Positions 51,143 to 60,983 of a stretch of DNA of 64,000 bases are shown in pieces. Source of the stretch: Polyangiales bacterium (GTDB taxonomy: Bacteria > Myxococcota_A > Polyangia > Polyangiales > Polyangiaceae). The stretch's first letter is position 1. Every line of letters starts with the position of its first letter. A model generated the notes under the pieces. The model worked only from the letters and a program-made list of their open reading frames with translations. It was not told the DNA's origin and did no database searches. A program made the translations under genes and the position numbers. The stretch spans positions 544,001 to 608,000 of the forward strand of contig JBBRLQ010000002.1 in the NCBI GenBank assembly GCA_038231275.1. Reading direction: 5' to 3'.

Positions 51143-52264
51143 TCAGGGGATTTCGCCGGCGGCGATCGAGGTGAACCAAGGGGCGAGCCCGGCGTCGTAT
51201 TTGTTCGGCTGATCACCGTGGAGCGTGCTCGCGAACGCGCCGGCGTCGGGATCGTAGATGTAGGCCTCGGTCCGCCATCCGGCTGCGGCGAAGACGCCGC
51301 CCGCGAAGACGATCCCCGCCTGCGCGCCGCGGCCTCGCTTCGTCCATGCGGCGCCGTCCTTGCTCTCGAACGCGTTGCAGCAGTCGCTCGCGACGAAGAC
51401 GCCGTTGCCGAACGCGATGCCGCCGAAGCCGGTCTGGTACGACGTCGCGACGGGCGCCTGATCTTGCCAGGTCACGCCGTTGGCCGACGTGCGGACGCGC
51501 GCCATGCCGTTCGCGGCGCCGACCGCGACGAAGGCGCCGTTTCCATAGGCGACGTCGGCGAGTGGATTCGGATCGGCGGCGACATCGTAGTCGTGCCACG
51601 AGAGGCCATCCTCCGACGTCTTGGTGTGCCCGTCGCCGATCGCGACCCAGTGGCCGCCGCCCTGCGCGACCTGTTGCCAGTGGCCCGAGTCGCCGGTCGC
51701 GGCAGCGTGAGTCCACGTCGCGCCGTCGGCGGAGCGGAACGCGTCGGCGTGCGCGACCATCACGAACACACCGGCGCCCGCGACGATCTTCGAGCCATGA
51801 AGCGACACCTGAACGGGCAACGTGACCGGCGCCCACGCCTTACCATCGGTGGAGCGCACGACGCCGGGATCGCCGGAGAGGACGATCGCACCGTTGCCGA
51901 TCGCCGCGCCCGAGTACCCGTTGTCCAAACCGTTCGGAGCGACGTAGGTGTCGTCCCTCCACGTCTTGCCATCGTCCGAGACGATGCGCCGGAGATCCTG
52001 TCCGCCGATGACGAAGAAGGGACGACCGGGAGGCGTCGCGTCCACGACCGCCGCCGCGTCACCTCCCCCGTCGCTGCCGCCGTCGCCCGGAACGGTGCTG
52101 TCCGGGGCAGCGTCCGTCGACGGAGCGACCGAGCCGTCGCCGCCGCCCCCGTCCGAGCTGGGGCCGGCGGCGGAAGCCGCGGGGCCCGAGCATGCGGCGA
52201 GGCCGAGGAGGGCCAAGACGCACACGGACGGAGGTCGAAGAGGGGTCGGGATCGTCTCGCGCAT
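51143..52264 (-). CDS. Lipoprotein with BNR/Asp-box-like beta-propeller
   Basis: LAAC lipobox; six S-x-[DN]-G-x-x-W repeats. Confidence 0.8.
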   Translation of the reverse strand: MRETIPTPLRPPSVCVLALLGLAACSGPAASAAGPSSDGGGGDGSVAPSTDAAPDSTVPGDGGSDGGGDAAAVVDATPPGRPFFVIGGQDLRRIVSDDGKTWRDDTYVAPNGLDNGYSGAAIGNGAIVLSGDPGVVRSTDGKAWAPVTLPVQVSLHGSKIVAGAGVFVMVAHADAFRSADGATWTHAAATGDSGHWQQVAQGGGHWVAIGDGHTKTSEDGLSWHDYDVAADPNPLADVAYGNGAFVAVGAANGMARVRTSANGVTWQDQAPVATSYQTGFGGIAFGNGVFVASDCCNAFESKDGAAWTKRGRGAQAGIVFAGGVFAAAGWRTEAYIYDPDAGAFASTLHGDQPNKYDAGLAPWFTSIAAGEIP

Positions 52265-52328
52265 CACTTGGGTAGAGGCGTCGAGGGGACCCGATCGGCT
52301 CACTTTTTCGCAAAAAAACGCTGCGCCG

Positions 52329-53819
52329 TCATTTGGGCTTGGCGGACCCCGGCGGAGGCGGCGCGCTCGAGCCCGAGGGGGCCGGCGACGCGCCTCCAAC
52401 GAGCATCGCGTCGGTGACGTCGTCCTTGGTGAACAGGTCCTTCACTTGCGCGATCGGGAACTCTGCCTGCTGCGGGCCGAGGACGTAGGGGCCGATCTCG
52501 TACGCGTCGAAGTCGACCTCGATCCAGCCATCGCCGAGGCAGAGATCGCTGTCTTTGGTGAGCGTGATCGCGTCGTCGTTGAAGCCGGCCTCGGTCAGCT
52601 TCGCCACGCCGAACTTCTTCGCGAACGCCGCGACGACCATGTCGGCGAGCTTTGCGCGCCCTGCGTCCGAGAGCTTGGGCGCGAGCTTGAAGTGCGTCGC
52701 GGTCTTGGTGTCGATGACGTCGCACTGCGTCCCTCCGCCGCCGTGCACTCCGCCCGTGTACGCGTAGCCGTTGCGGCGAACGCCGACGAAGCGTCCCTTC
52801 TTGGTGTCGAGCGCGTAGCCCTCCGAGGTCTCGTAGTCCGGAATGTTCGGATCGTCCGGACCTTCGCAGGTCTTGGCCTTTGCGCCGTCACCGTGGAAGT
52901 AGTCATTGAGCGCCTTGGCGGCCGTCTTGTCCGCCACGCCGCGTACCTGAGGGAAGAGGATGTCGGTCTTGCATCGCTTTCCGTCGATCATGCGCTCTTG
53001 CGGGAAGACGACCACGCCGTTGTCGTACGTCCGCGTCTCGGGATAACCGGAGCCCTTCTCGAGCGACAGCGCCGCGACGCGGGAACCGTCGGGCGCCTGC
53101 CACTGGCCGAGGATGGCGCCGGTCGTCGCGAAGGCGCCCACGATCTTGCCCGTCGACTTGCCGCCCGACTTCTCGGTGAGCTCGAACCGGCCGTCGTCGT
53201 GCACGAGGCCGTCGAGCTTGAGGTCGGTCGCGCTCGAGGCGTACCGGTAGATGCCGCTGAGCGTGCCCGTGTGGCGCGTGAGCTTCATGCGGACGAACTG
53301 CTTGCCGATCGTCCCCATGTACTCCCCGTCGAACGTCGCAGGCAGCGCGCCGGACGCGCCGGACGAGAGCGTCTGCGCCTTGCCGGACTGATCGGTGAAC
53401 GTGCCCTTCAGCGAGGCCGCGCCGAGCTCGCCGGTGAGCGTCGCCGCCTTCTCCCCCTTCGCGACCTTGGACCTCAACGAGAAGTGCGCGTCGTCGGACA
53501 TCTTGCCGAACATCGCCAGCGGCGTGCCCGTGTCGAAGACGGCACGCACATCATTCCCGACGCGCTCGATGGCGACGTGGAAGGAGGCCTTGGTGCTCGT
53601 CTGGCCGGCGAACACCGCATACACCGGCGCGGCCTTCGTGGCGCCATCGGCGGAGGCATCGGCCGCGGCCATCGCGGCGCCCGCGTCGGAGGAGGCCGCG
53701 GCAGCGGACCCATCGTCGGCCGCATCGGCGCCGGCGTCCTTGGGCTTGGGGCAGCCTACGAGCAGGGGGAGACACGTGAGGCCAGTGATGCCGGTGAGGA
53801 AGAGGACGCGGCTCTTCAT
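52329..53819 (-). CDS. Lipoprotein with C-terminal DUF3298 (RsiV/PdaC-like) domain
   Basis: LVGC lipobox; YTGGVHG; FDAYEIGPYVLGP. Confidence 0.75.
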   Translation of the reverse strand: MKSRVLFLTGITGLTCLPLLVGCPKPKDAGADAADDGSAAAASSDAGAAMAAADASADGATKAAPVYAVFAGQTSTKASFHVAIERVGNDVRAVFDTGTPLAMFGKMSDDAHFSLRSKVAKGEKAATLTGELGAASLKGTFTDQSGKAQTLSSGASGALPATFDGEYMGTIGKQFVRMKLTRHTGTLSGIYRYASSATDLKLDGLVHDDGRFELTEKSGGKSTGKIVGAFATTGAILGQWQAPDGSRVAALSLEKGSGYPETRTYDNGVVVFPQERMIDGKRCKTDILFPQVRGVADKTAAKALNDYFHGDGAKAKTCEGPDDPNIPDYETSEGYALDTKKGRFVGVRRNGYAYTGGVHGGGGTQCDVIDTKTATHFKLAPKLSDAGRAKLADMVVAAFAKKFGVAKLTEAGFNDDAITLTKDSDLCLGDGWIEVDFDAYEIGPYVLGPQQAEFPIAQVKDLFTKDDVTDAMLVGGASPAPSGSSAPPPPGSAKPK

Positions 53820-53865
53820 GGAAGCCGCAGAATACACGGCCCGCATCCTGATATCGTCCGCGTTC

Positions 53866-54643
53866 ATGAGCACGCTCGAATTCGTGGACGTCGCGACCGC
53901 GCGCAGCGCGCCGGGCGTGCGGATGGTCGTCTCCGGCCTCGTGCCGAGCCCGTGGTCCGAGGCCGCCAAGGGTGTCTTCAAGATCGCCGGGGTCCCGGTG
54001 GTCGGCGTTCGCCGGATGCGCGACGGGGCCGAGATCGCCGCGTGGACCGGCGCCGATGCCGGTGGTGGTGTACGGCGCCGAGCCCGTACGCACGCATTGG
54101 GCGGCGATCACCACGCTCGCGGCGCGCCTCGCCGGACCCGACGTGGTGCTCCCCACGGAGGTCGCGGCGCGCGCCGAGACGATGGGCATCCTCCACGAGC
54201 TCGCGGGCGAGGGCGGCCTCGGCTGGAACGCGCGCCTCGCGATGATCGACATCACCCTCACCACCGGCGGCGCGCGCGGCTTTCCCCTCCCGGTCGGCCA
54301 GCGTCTCGCGGAGCGCTACGGGTACACGCCGGAGGGTGCGCAGACCAGCCGCGCCCGGGTCGAGCAGCAGCTAAAGTGGCTCCACGCACGTCTCCGCGCG
54401 CAGCACGCGCTCGGGCACGCCTACCTCGGCGGCGCGCGCATCTCCGCGCTCGACGTCTATCTCGCGACGTTTCTCACTCCCCTCTCGGAGATCCGGGCCG
54501 AGGACTGTCCCGATCTCGTGCCGCTGCTGCGCCAAGCGTTCGGCTGCGCGCACGAGGTGCTCGGCGCGCTCGTCCCCGCGGAGCTCGCGGCGCACCGCAA
54601 GATGATCTTCGAGCGTCACCTCACATGGCCGATCGCGCTCTGA
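53866..54643 (+). pseudogene. GST-like protein gene with frameshift near 54050-54056
   Basis: N-terminal half (PSPWSEAAKG...WTG) in one frame, continuation (MPVVVY...YLGGARISALDVYLATF) in another. Confidence 0.7.
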
Positions 54644-54667
54644 TCGCAGCAGAGCGACGCGCAATGC

Positions 54668-55096
54668 TCACTTTTTGGTGGTCTTCTTCGTGCTCTTCTT
54701 CGTGGCGCGCGCGGCGGAGTTGGCCGCCACCGCTGCGCGAACGAGCTGTTTGAAGGCAGTTGCGTTGATCTTCTCGCCCTCGCGGACATCGATCGCGCGC
54801 CGCGTGTTCCCTTCCAAGCTGGAGTTGAAGAGCTTCTTCGGATCGGCGAGGGAGGCGCCGCGCGCGAAGGTGAGCTTCACGACCTGCTTGTACGACTCCC
54901 CGGTGCAGACGATCCCGTCATGGGAAAAGACGGGAGTCCCCATCCACTTCCACTCCTCCACGATCTCCGGCTCGGCGTCGTGAATGAGCGTACGGAGGTG
55001 AGCGAGCGTCTCTCCTCTCCAATCCCCGAGCTCTTCGATCCGCTCGGTGATCTTCGCGGAGGCGTCGTCGCCATTCGGATGCACTTTGGGAGTCAT
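54668..55096 (-). CDS. DUF1801 family protein
   Basis: LGDWRGETL...EEWKW...KLFNSSLEGNTRRAID; AAGGAG RBS. Confidence 0.9.
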   Translation of the reverse strand: MTPKVHPNGDDASAKITERIEELGDWRGETLAHLRTLIHDAEPEIVEEWKWMGTPVFSHDGIVCTGESYKQVVKLTFARGASLADPKKLFNSSLEGNTRRAIDVREGEKINATAFKQLVRAAVAANSAARATKKSTKKTTKK

Positions 55097-55119
55097 GATC
55101 TCTGCGCTCCTTCGTAGCG

Positions 55120-55530
55120 TCAGCCCGCCGTGGCCAACGCCGACGTCTTCCGTCGATAGAAATAGTAGGAGAGGGCTTCGAGGACGAACGTTCCCACCGA
55201 CCAGCCCCACGCCGCCACGCCCTCACCCACCGAGAGGTGCGCGATCAGCGCCGAGACGAGGACGATGGCGAACCCCGCATAGGCCCACTCCTTCAGCACC
55301 CGCGGGGCCATGGGCAGGACCAGGACGGCGATCCCAAGGAGCTTCGCGACGCAGAGCTCGATGCGAAAGTAGTCCGGGAATCCGAGGCGGGCGAAGACTT
55401 CGGCGGCTTGGGGGATGCGAAGGTGCGCGTACGCCGTGAAGCCCATCTGGAGCGCGAACAGCGCCGTGAAGACCCAGTACGCGGTCACTGCGCCCTTGGA
55501 ATTCTTCGTGCTGCCGTCCCGCGCCTTCAC
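55120..55530 (-). CDS. DoxX-like membrane protein
   Basis: FARLGFPDYFRIEL..AKLLG...KEWAYAGF; GTGA overlap. Confidence 0.88.
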   Translation of the reverse strand: MKARDGSTKNSKGAVTAYWVFTALFALQMGFTAYAHLRIPQAAEVFARLGFPDYFRIELCVAKLLGIAVLVLPMAPRVLKEWAYAGFAIVLVSALIAHLSVGEGVAAWGWSVGTFVLEALSYYFYRRKTSALATAG

Positions 55531-55967
55531 GCAATCTCCGCCAGAACCGCGCCCAAGCGCTGGCCCACCATGAACTGCCAGCCCATCTTGGCGCCTTGGA
55601 AAAACCTCGCCTCCCCTTTGCCGGTCCGGAAGCCCGAGTGCTCCAGACGCAGCAACGTGCCGCCGGTCCTGGTCGGCGTCAGCGTCCACGTGACCACCGT
55701 GTCGTCGAGGCCGCCGCCTCCCCACGAATAACGAAGGCGCGTGTGCGGCTCGATCTCCTGCATTTTGCAATTCACGGTCCCATCCCACCCCGGGCCCGAC
55801 GGCGCCTTGAACGTGAAGGCTTTCCCGATGACAGGGTCCAGATCGGTCGACATGAGCCACTTCGCGAGCAGCGCGGGCTCGGTGAGCGCGCGCCACACCT
55901 TCGCGGGTGCGTGGGGGAGGTCGAGCTCCATCGAGATCGACTGTGTCTCTTCGGCCTTGTCGTTCAT
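55527..55967 (-). CDS. SRPBCC domain protein
   Basis: KVWRALTEPALLAKWLM...GTLLRLEHSGF. Confidence 0.9.
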   Translation of the reverse strand: MNDKAEETQSISMELDLPHAPAKVWRALTEPALLAKWLMSTDLDPVIGKAFTFKAPSGPGWDGTVNCKMQEIEPHTRLRYSWGGGGLDDTVVTWTLTPTRTGGTLLRLEHSGFRTGKGEARFFQGAKMGWQFMVGQRLGAVLAEIA

Positions 55968-56281
55968 TCGTCCATCTCCTCGAGCAACGCTCGAAGCCCT
56001 TCGAGCCGTTCGACCCAGAACGCTTGGTAGTGCGCGATCCAATCGACGAGCGGGCGCAGCCCCGTCAGCTTGACGCGGTAGTAGACGAGGCGGCCCTCGC
56101 GACGCTCGTCGACGAGGCCCGCCTCACGAAGCACCGCGAGGTGCTGGGACACGGCCGGCTGCGAAATGCCCGCGCGAGGGGTGAGGTCCCGCACGGCCGC
56201 CTCGCCCTTCGTCAGCTGCTCGAAGAGCGCTCTGCGACTCGGGTCGGCCAAGGCGCGGAAGACACGGTCCTGGCTGAGCAC
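55964..56281 (-). CDS. ArsR/SmtB family regulator
   Basis: VFRALADPSRR...ISQPAVSQHLAVLREAGLV. Confidence 0.93.
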   Translation of the reverse strand: MLSQDRVFRALADPSRRALFEQLTKGEAAVRDLTPRAGISQPAVSQHLAVLREAGLVDERREGRLVYYRVKLTGLRPLVDWIAHYQAFWVERLEGLRALLEEMDE

Positions 56282-56285
56282 GTCA

Positions 56286-56311
56286 AATCAATAAGCCACG
56301 GCTTATTGATT
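56286..56311. promoter_or_regulatory. ArsR-type operator (12-2-12 inverted repeat)
   Basis: Perfect AATCAATAAGCC-AC-GGCTTATTGATT directly upstream of the arsR-like start. Confidence 0.8.
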
Positions 56312-56329
56312 GTCAAGTCAGCCCCGCGC

Positions 56330-58114
56330 TCAGAGCCGTGGGCGCCACATCGCGGTGCCGAGGACCATGAAGGCCTTCACGTCGTCGCCGGTGATGGCCT
56401 CGCCTTGCACCGTGAAGAGGAGCACCGAGCTCGGAAAGATCATCGCGGTGCCGCCGAACGCCGACTGCACGAGCGAGGAATGGATCGAGCGGTATTGAAT
56501 GGTCGCGTAGCGGTAGTAGCTCGAGAGATCGAGGACATCGCGGAAGAGGCTCACGCCCGGGCCCGCGCTGCCGCCGTACATGTCGAGGTAGGTCGCGTGC
56601 GAGTAGTTCGCGGACGCGTCGATGCGAAGGATCTTGGCGATGCGAACGACCCGGGCCGCGGCGAAACCGCCCGTCATGCTCGGCTCGTCGCTCACGCCGA
56701 GATCGCCGACCCTGGTGCCGCCGAGGACCAGCGAGAACGTGCCCAGCTCGACGCCGGCGTCGATCGCGCCGACCGCCCGCTTGCTCACCTTTCCGTCGCA
56801 CACCTCGGGGGCCGGAGGAGCGCCGACGGCGGCGGGGATGGTTCGGCAGAACCAGGTGATGGGCAGGTACGAGGCGAGCCAGCGCGAGCGAATCGGTTGG
56901 CGAATGTCGGTACGGACGCCGAATTGGAAGGGGCCGATGCGCGTCGACGCGTCGAAGCCCGCGGCGGTGAGCTCGATCGCCGAAGCTCCCCAAGGGTTGT
57001 CCTTCGAAAAATTCGTGACCTCGAACGTGCCGCCGATGCGCGCGGGTCCTGGGTAGATCCCGACCACGCCCGAGACGCGGCGCTCGTCGAGAGATCCGCC
57101 GAACGTCGTGCCGTGCGCGACGAGCGCGGCTTCGGGGCGCAGGTCCGCCTCCGGTCGACTGAACGCTGCTTCTACGCCGAAGCGCTGCGCGTCGACGGCC
57201 GGCGCGCCGCTCAGCGGATCGGGCAAGACGCCGCCGAACGCGCCGACCGAGAATCCGCCGCCGACGGGCGCCCGCAGGCGGAGACCGTCGAGCGTGCCCA
57301 GCGTGCTCGCCGCGTAGCGCATGCGCCCGATCCCCGCGAAATAGCCGGCGCGGCTGTAGCTGGCGAGGGCCTCGCGGAGCCAGATCGTCGGACGCGCCGA
57401 TCCCCCATCGCGTGTGCTGAGGGGCGTCGCGGCCCAACGCTGGACCGACGCGTCGAAGTCGAACGCGACCGGCGCGGCGAACGGCTCGGCGTGGATGCGC
57501 GCGTTGATCTCCACGTGGCCGATCCCCGCGCCACGCGGCCCGATCGGGAGCAGCGCGCCCGCCGATGTCGACAGACGAACGTCCCAACGCCGGCTGCGCT
57601 CCGCGTCACCCAGGGGGACATACTTCGGCTTCTGCGCGCTCGCCGGCGCGGTCTCGTCCGTCCACCCCTGCTGCCACGTCGCCAGCGGCCGCGGCGGCGG
57701 GAGCTCCTTCGCCTTCTCGGTATCCTCGCCGACGATCGAAGCCTTCCCCTTCTCCTGCTCGCGGAGGAGATCGTCGCCGGTGTCCACGATCGCGAACGAC
57801 GCGGTCGATTGGACCACCGGGTATTCTTTGCGATCGATCGTGACCTTCGATCCTCTGTGCACGCCGCCCGCGGTGCCCGGCTTCACGTACGCCGCGCGGC
57901 CCGCGACTTCGACGACGACGACGTCGATCGACGTGGCGCCGCGCGGAGGAGGAGCCGGCGGAGGCACCGACACTGGACCGGGGGCTGGCGCGGGGACGTG
58001 CGCAGGCGCGGGCAGAGGCTTGGGCTTCGGCTTCCGCTGCGCCGCGGCCGTCGACGCGACGAGGCTCACGGCGAGCGCGAGGAGGCTCGCGACGTGGAGG
58101 ATCGAGAGCCTCAT
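56330..58114 (-). CDS. Probable outer-membrane beta-barrel (porin of cytochrome conduit)
   Basis: Sec signal ending AAA-Q; C-terminal ~400 aa of alternating amphipathic strands; ATGA-coupled to decaheme gene. Confidence 0.65.
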   Translation of the reverse strand: MRLSILHVASLLALAVSLVASTAAAQRKPKPKPLPAPAHVPAPAPGPVSVPPPAPPPRGATSIDVVVVEVAGRAAYVKPGTAGGVHRGSKVTIDRKEYPVVQSTASFAIVDTGDDLLREQEKGKASIVGEDTEKAKELPPPRPLATWQQGWTDETAPASAQKPKYVPLGDAERSRRWDVRLSTSAGALLPIGPRGAGIGHVEINARIHAEPFAAPVAFDFDASVQRWAATPLSTRDGGSARPTIWLREALASYSRAGYFAGIGRMRYAASTLGTLDGLRLRAPVGGGFSVGAFGGVLPDPLSGAPAVDAQRFGVEAAFSRPEADLRPEAALVAHGTTFGGSLDERRVSGVVGIYPGPARIGGTFEVTNFSKDNPWGASAIELTAAGFDASTRIGPFQFGVRTDIRQPIRSRWLASYLPITWFCRTIPAAVGAPPAPEVCDGKVSKRAVGAIDAGVELGTFSLVLGGTRVGDLGVSDEPSMTGGFAAARVVRIAKILRIDASANYSHATYLDMYGGSAGPGVSLFRDVLDLSSYYRYATIQYRSIHSSLVQSAFGGTAMIFPSSVLLFTVQGEAITGDDVKAFMVLGTAMWRPRL

Positions 58115-59145
58115 CGGCGCGCTCCTCCCGGGTGGCAGCTGAGGCACGAGGCACCGTCGCTCGCGACCGGTTTCTTGTGCTGCTGCATCAGGCGCATCGG
58201 ATCGTGCGTGTGGCAGCCGATGCATCGCACCGCGCGGGGCACCGCCGGCGAGGAGTGGCAGTCCTCGCAGGTCGCGGTGCGGTGCACGCCGAACGAAATC
58301 GGGAACCGCAGATCGTGGCCGGCCGGCGCAGCACGCAGACCGCTCGTCACCGCGCTCGTCCCGGTTCCTGGGATCGTCGCCGGCACCCACGCGATCGCGC
58401 GGTGGCAAAGGCTGCAATCGCGAGGGAACGGCGGGGTCGTGGCGTCACCCACGTGAGAAGGCCGCAGATCAGGCCGGCGGAAGTCCTTCTCGTGACAGGC
58501 GAAGCACTCGATGGGCGCGCCCGTCCAGCGGTGCTCGCTGGCGCGGCGATGGCACTCCGAGCAGTCCGCGAGCACGTGCATCCCGGTCAGCGGGAAGCGC
58601 GTCATGCGATGGATCTCGAGCGGCCTCGTCACCTTCCATCCGGCCGGCGAGTGGCAGTTGTCGCAGGATCGCGAGAGGCGCCCGCGATGGAAGTCCTCGT
58701 GGCAGCTGATGCACGATCGCTTGATGGCGCGCGTGCTGTTGTGGCACGAGACGCACGACGCGTGAATGTGCTGTCCGGTGAGCGGAAAGCCGGTGGTCGA
58801 GTGATCGAACTTCACCTCGCCGCCCGCCGCGTCCTTGTCCTTCCACGCGGTGGTGGAGTGGCATGCGCTGCACGCAACCGCGTCGGTGAAGCTCCGCTTG
58901 GCGGCCGCGCCCGCGGGGGATGGCGAGGTCGCGGCCTGCGTTGCGGACGGGGCCGGTGCGGCGGGCGGGGGGGACGAGGCCGACGGCGGCGGCGGGGCGG
59001 ACGAAGCGGACCACGCGGACGGCGCCGGCGCGAGAGGCGGGGGGCCGCCCGCCGGGGTTGCGCCCGGCTGCGCAAACGCGATCGGAGCGAGCGCGGCCAC
59101 GAACAGGCACAGCGCGAGCGCGAGGGTGCGGGGCGCGGTCGTCAT
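58111..59145 (-). CDS. Decaheme cytochrome c
   Basis: Signal peptide, Pro/Ala/Ser linker, 10 CxxCH counted by hand. Confidence 0.92.
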   Translation of the reverse strand: MTTAPRTLALALCLFVAALAPIAFAQPGATPAGGPPPLAPAPSAWSASSAPPPPSASSPPPAAPAPSATQAATSPSPAGAAAKRSFTDAVACSACHSTTAWKDKDAAGGEVKFDHSTTGFPLTGQHIHASCVSCHNSTRAIKRSCISCHEDFHRGRLSRSCDNCHSPAGWKVTRPLEIHRMTRFPLTGMHVLADCSECHRRASEHRWTGAPIECFACHEKDFRRPDLRPSHVGDATTPPFPRDCSLCHRAIAWVPATIPGTGTSAVTSGLRAAPAGHDLRFPISFGVHRTATCEDCHSSPAVPRAVRCIGCHTHDPMRLMQQHKKPVASDGASCLSCHPGGARR

Positions 59146-60983
59146 AGCTCCGCCCGCGCTTCGTGAGGGTTGGCGTGGCAGAACTTGCACTCGTTCGACG
59201 AGAGCCGCCACCGGATGGTCGGCTTGGCTTCACCGCGTACCGGCGCCATCGCGTGGCACTTCACGCACTCGGCCTTCGCGTGCTTCCCGGTCAACGCCCA
59301 GCCGGTGATCGCGACGTGATCGAAGCCCGGGATCTTGAACGCCTTCGTCGAGTGACACTTGTCGCACTCCTGCACCGGGGCCTTCATGCGGAACTGGCCG
59401 AGGTGAATGTCCTCGTGGCAGCCGCCGCAGTTGCGTGGCACGCCGCGGTAGCTCGCGCCGCTTCCCTTCTTGCGATCTTCGGGCGTCGGGTGGTGGCAGC
59501 TGTCGCACTGGGCCGTGGCGTGCACGCCGGTCAGCGGCCAGATGCGGTGATCGATCTTCGGGAGCTTCCATCCATTCGACTCGTGGCACTGCGCGCAGCC
59601 CCCGATCGCCATCTCTTTCGCGAACTGGTTGCCGTGCGGATTCGCGTGGCAGTCGGCGCACACTTGCTTGACGACGTGGAGATCCATGCGCGGGCGCGCC
59701 GCCTTGTGGCACTCGGAGCACGGCGTCGCGATGTGCTTGCCGATGAGCGGGAAGCGCGTCGTCGCGTGCGAGACCACGCTGAAGAGCGTGGGATAGAACC
59801 CCGGCGTCGCGTGGCACGGAGCGCACTCGCCTTTGTCCGCCTTGACGAACTCGCCCTTGTGCTTGTCCTCGTGGCAGTCTGCGCAGCGACCGAACGCGAG
59901 CTTTCGGTAGCGTGCCTCTCGTGGGATCTCCGGTTTGTGGCAGCCCGCGCACGGCGTGGCCTCGTGCTTGCCGGTGAGCGGGTACTCTGTCCGCGGATGG
60001 GCGGCGAGGCCGACGGACCGCGCCAGACCGAGCCACTGGATCGACGCGTGGCAGCTCCCGCACGCGCGTCCGAACGGCGCCTTGTGGATCGGCCGATGGC
60101 ACGACGCGCACTCTCGTCCCTTCGAAGGTGCGACGAGGTTGCCCTTGTCGTGGCACGTCTTGCACGCGACCTGCGCGTGTCCGTTGCCGAGGCTCGTGCC
60201 CGGATGCTTCGCGCCGCCGTGCTTGAACGTCACCGGCTTCCACTTCGTGTCCTCGTGGCAGTCGGGGCACGACGGACCGAGGCGCCCGTCGTGGACGTCC
60301 TTGTGGCAATCCTGGCAGACGGCGAACTTGAGCCCGACGTACTTCGGCGGCTCCATGTGGCACTTCGCGCAGAGGACCTTCTGGTGCGCGCCGCGCAGCG
60401 GAAACTTCGAGAGATCGTGGTCGAAGGTCTTGAGGTTGAGCTCCTTCCACGCCGTCTCGTTGTGGCAGTTGAGGCACGTCGCTCCGAAGCGCCCTTGGTG
60501 TTGATCCTTGTGGCACGGCACGCACGTCGTCCCGAGGCCGAGGAACGTCGGGTTGCCGCGCGCGTTGCTCTTGGTGTGGCACTTGTTGCACGCCGTCGTC
60601 TGGTGCGCGCCGTTCAGCGGCCAGCCGGTCTGCGCGTGATCGAGCTTGGTCTGATCTCCACCGGGCCATCGCATGAGCGCCCTCGCGCCCAGGTGCTCGG
60701 CGTGGCATTTCTCGCACGCCTGCCCCTTGAACTGGCGGCCGTGGAGGCCTTGCCCCGCCGCGATCCGCCCGCCGAGATCGCCGTGGCACTTGAGGCAGCC
60801 GCTCTGGTCGACGCGCTTTCCGGAGCTGTGGCATTCGCTGCAGTGCGTGTCTCCTTCGAGCGAGGCGTGCGCCTTCGACATCGGCCCCGGCGAAAGAAGC
60901 TGCGCGCGCGCGACACGGGCGGACACCATCACCAGAAAGGCGACCGCAACGCCGAGGACCACGCGGACGAGCGTCCGCTTCAT
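59142..60983 (-). CDS. 23-heme cytochrome c
   Basis: Signal MKRTLV...VARA-Q; 23 CxxCH counted by hand in ~613 aa, in three-heme repeats. Confidence 0.93.
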   Translation of the reverse strand: MKRTLVRVVLGVAVAFLVMVSARVARAQLLSPGPMSKAHASLEGDTHCSECHSSGKRVDQSGCLKCHGDLGGRIAAGQGLHGRQFKGQACEKCHAEHLGARALMRWPGGDQTKLDHAQTGWPLNGAHQTTACNKCHTKSNARGNPTFLGLGTTCVPCHKDQHQGRFGATCLNCHNETAWKELNLKTFDHDLSKFPLRGAHQKVLCAKCHMEPPKYVGLKFAVCQDCHKDVHDGRLGPSCPDCHEDTKWKPVTFKHGGAKHPGTSLGNGHAQVACKTCHDKGNLVAPSKGRECASCHRPIHKAPFGRACGSCHASIQWLGLARSVGLAAHPRTEYPLTGKHEATPCAGCHKPEIPREARYRKLAFGRCADCHEDKHKGEFVKADKGECAPCHATPGFYPTLFSVVSHATTRFPLIGKHIATPCSECHKAARPRMDLHVVKQVCADCHANPHGNQFAKEMAIGGCAQCHESNGWKLPKIDHRIWPLTGVHATAQCDSCHHPTPEDRKKGSGASYRGVPRNCGGCHEDIHLGQFRMKAPVQECDKCHSTKAFKIPGFDHVAITGWALTGKHAKAECVKCHAMAPVRGEAKPTIRWRLSSNECKFCHANPHEARAEL

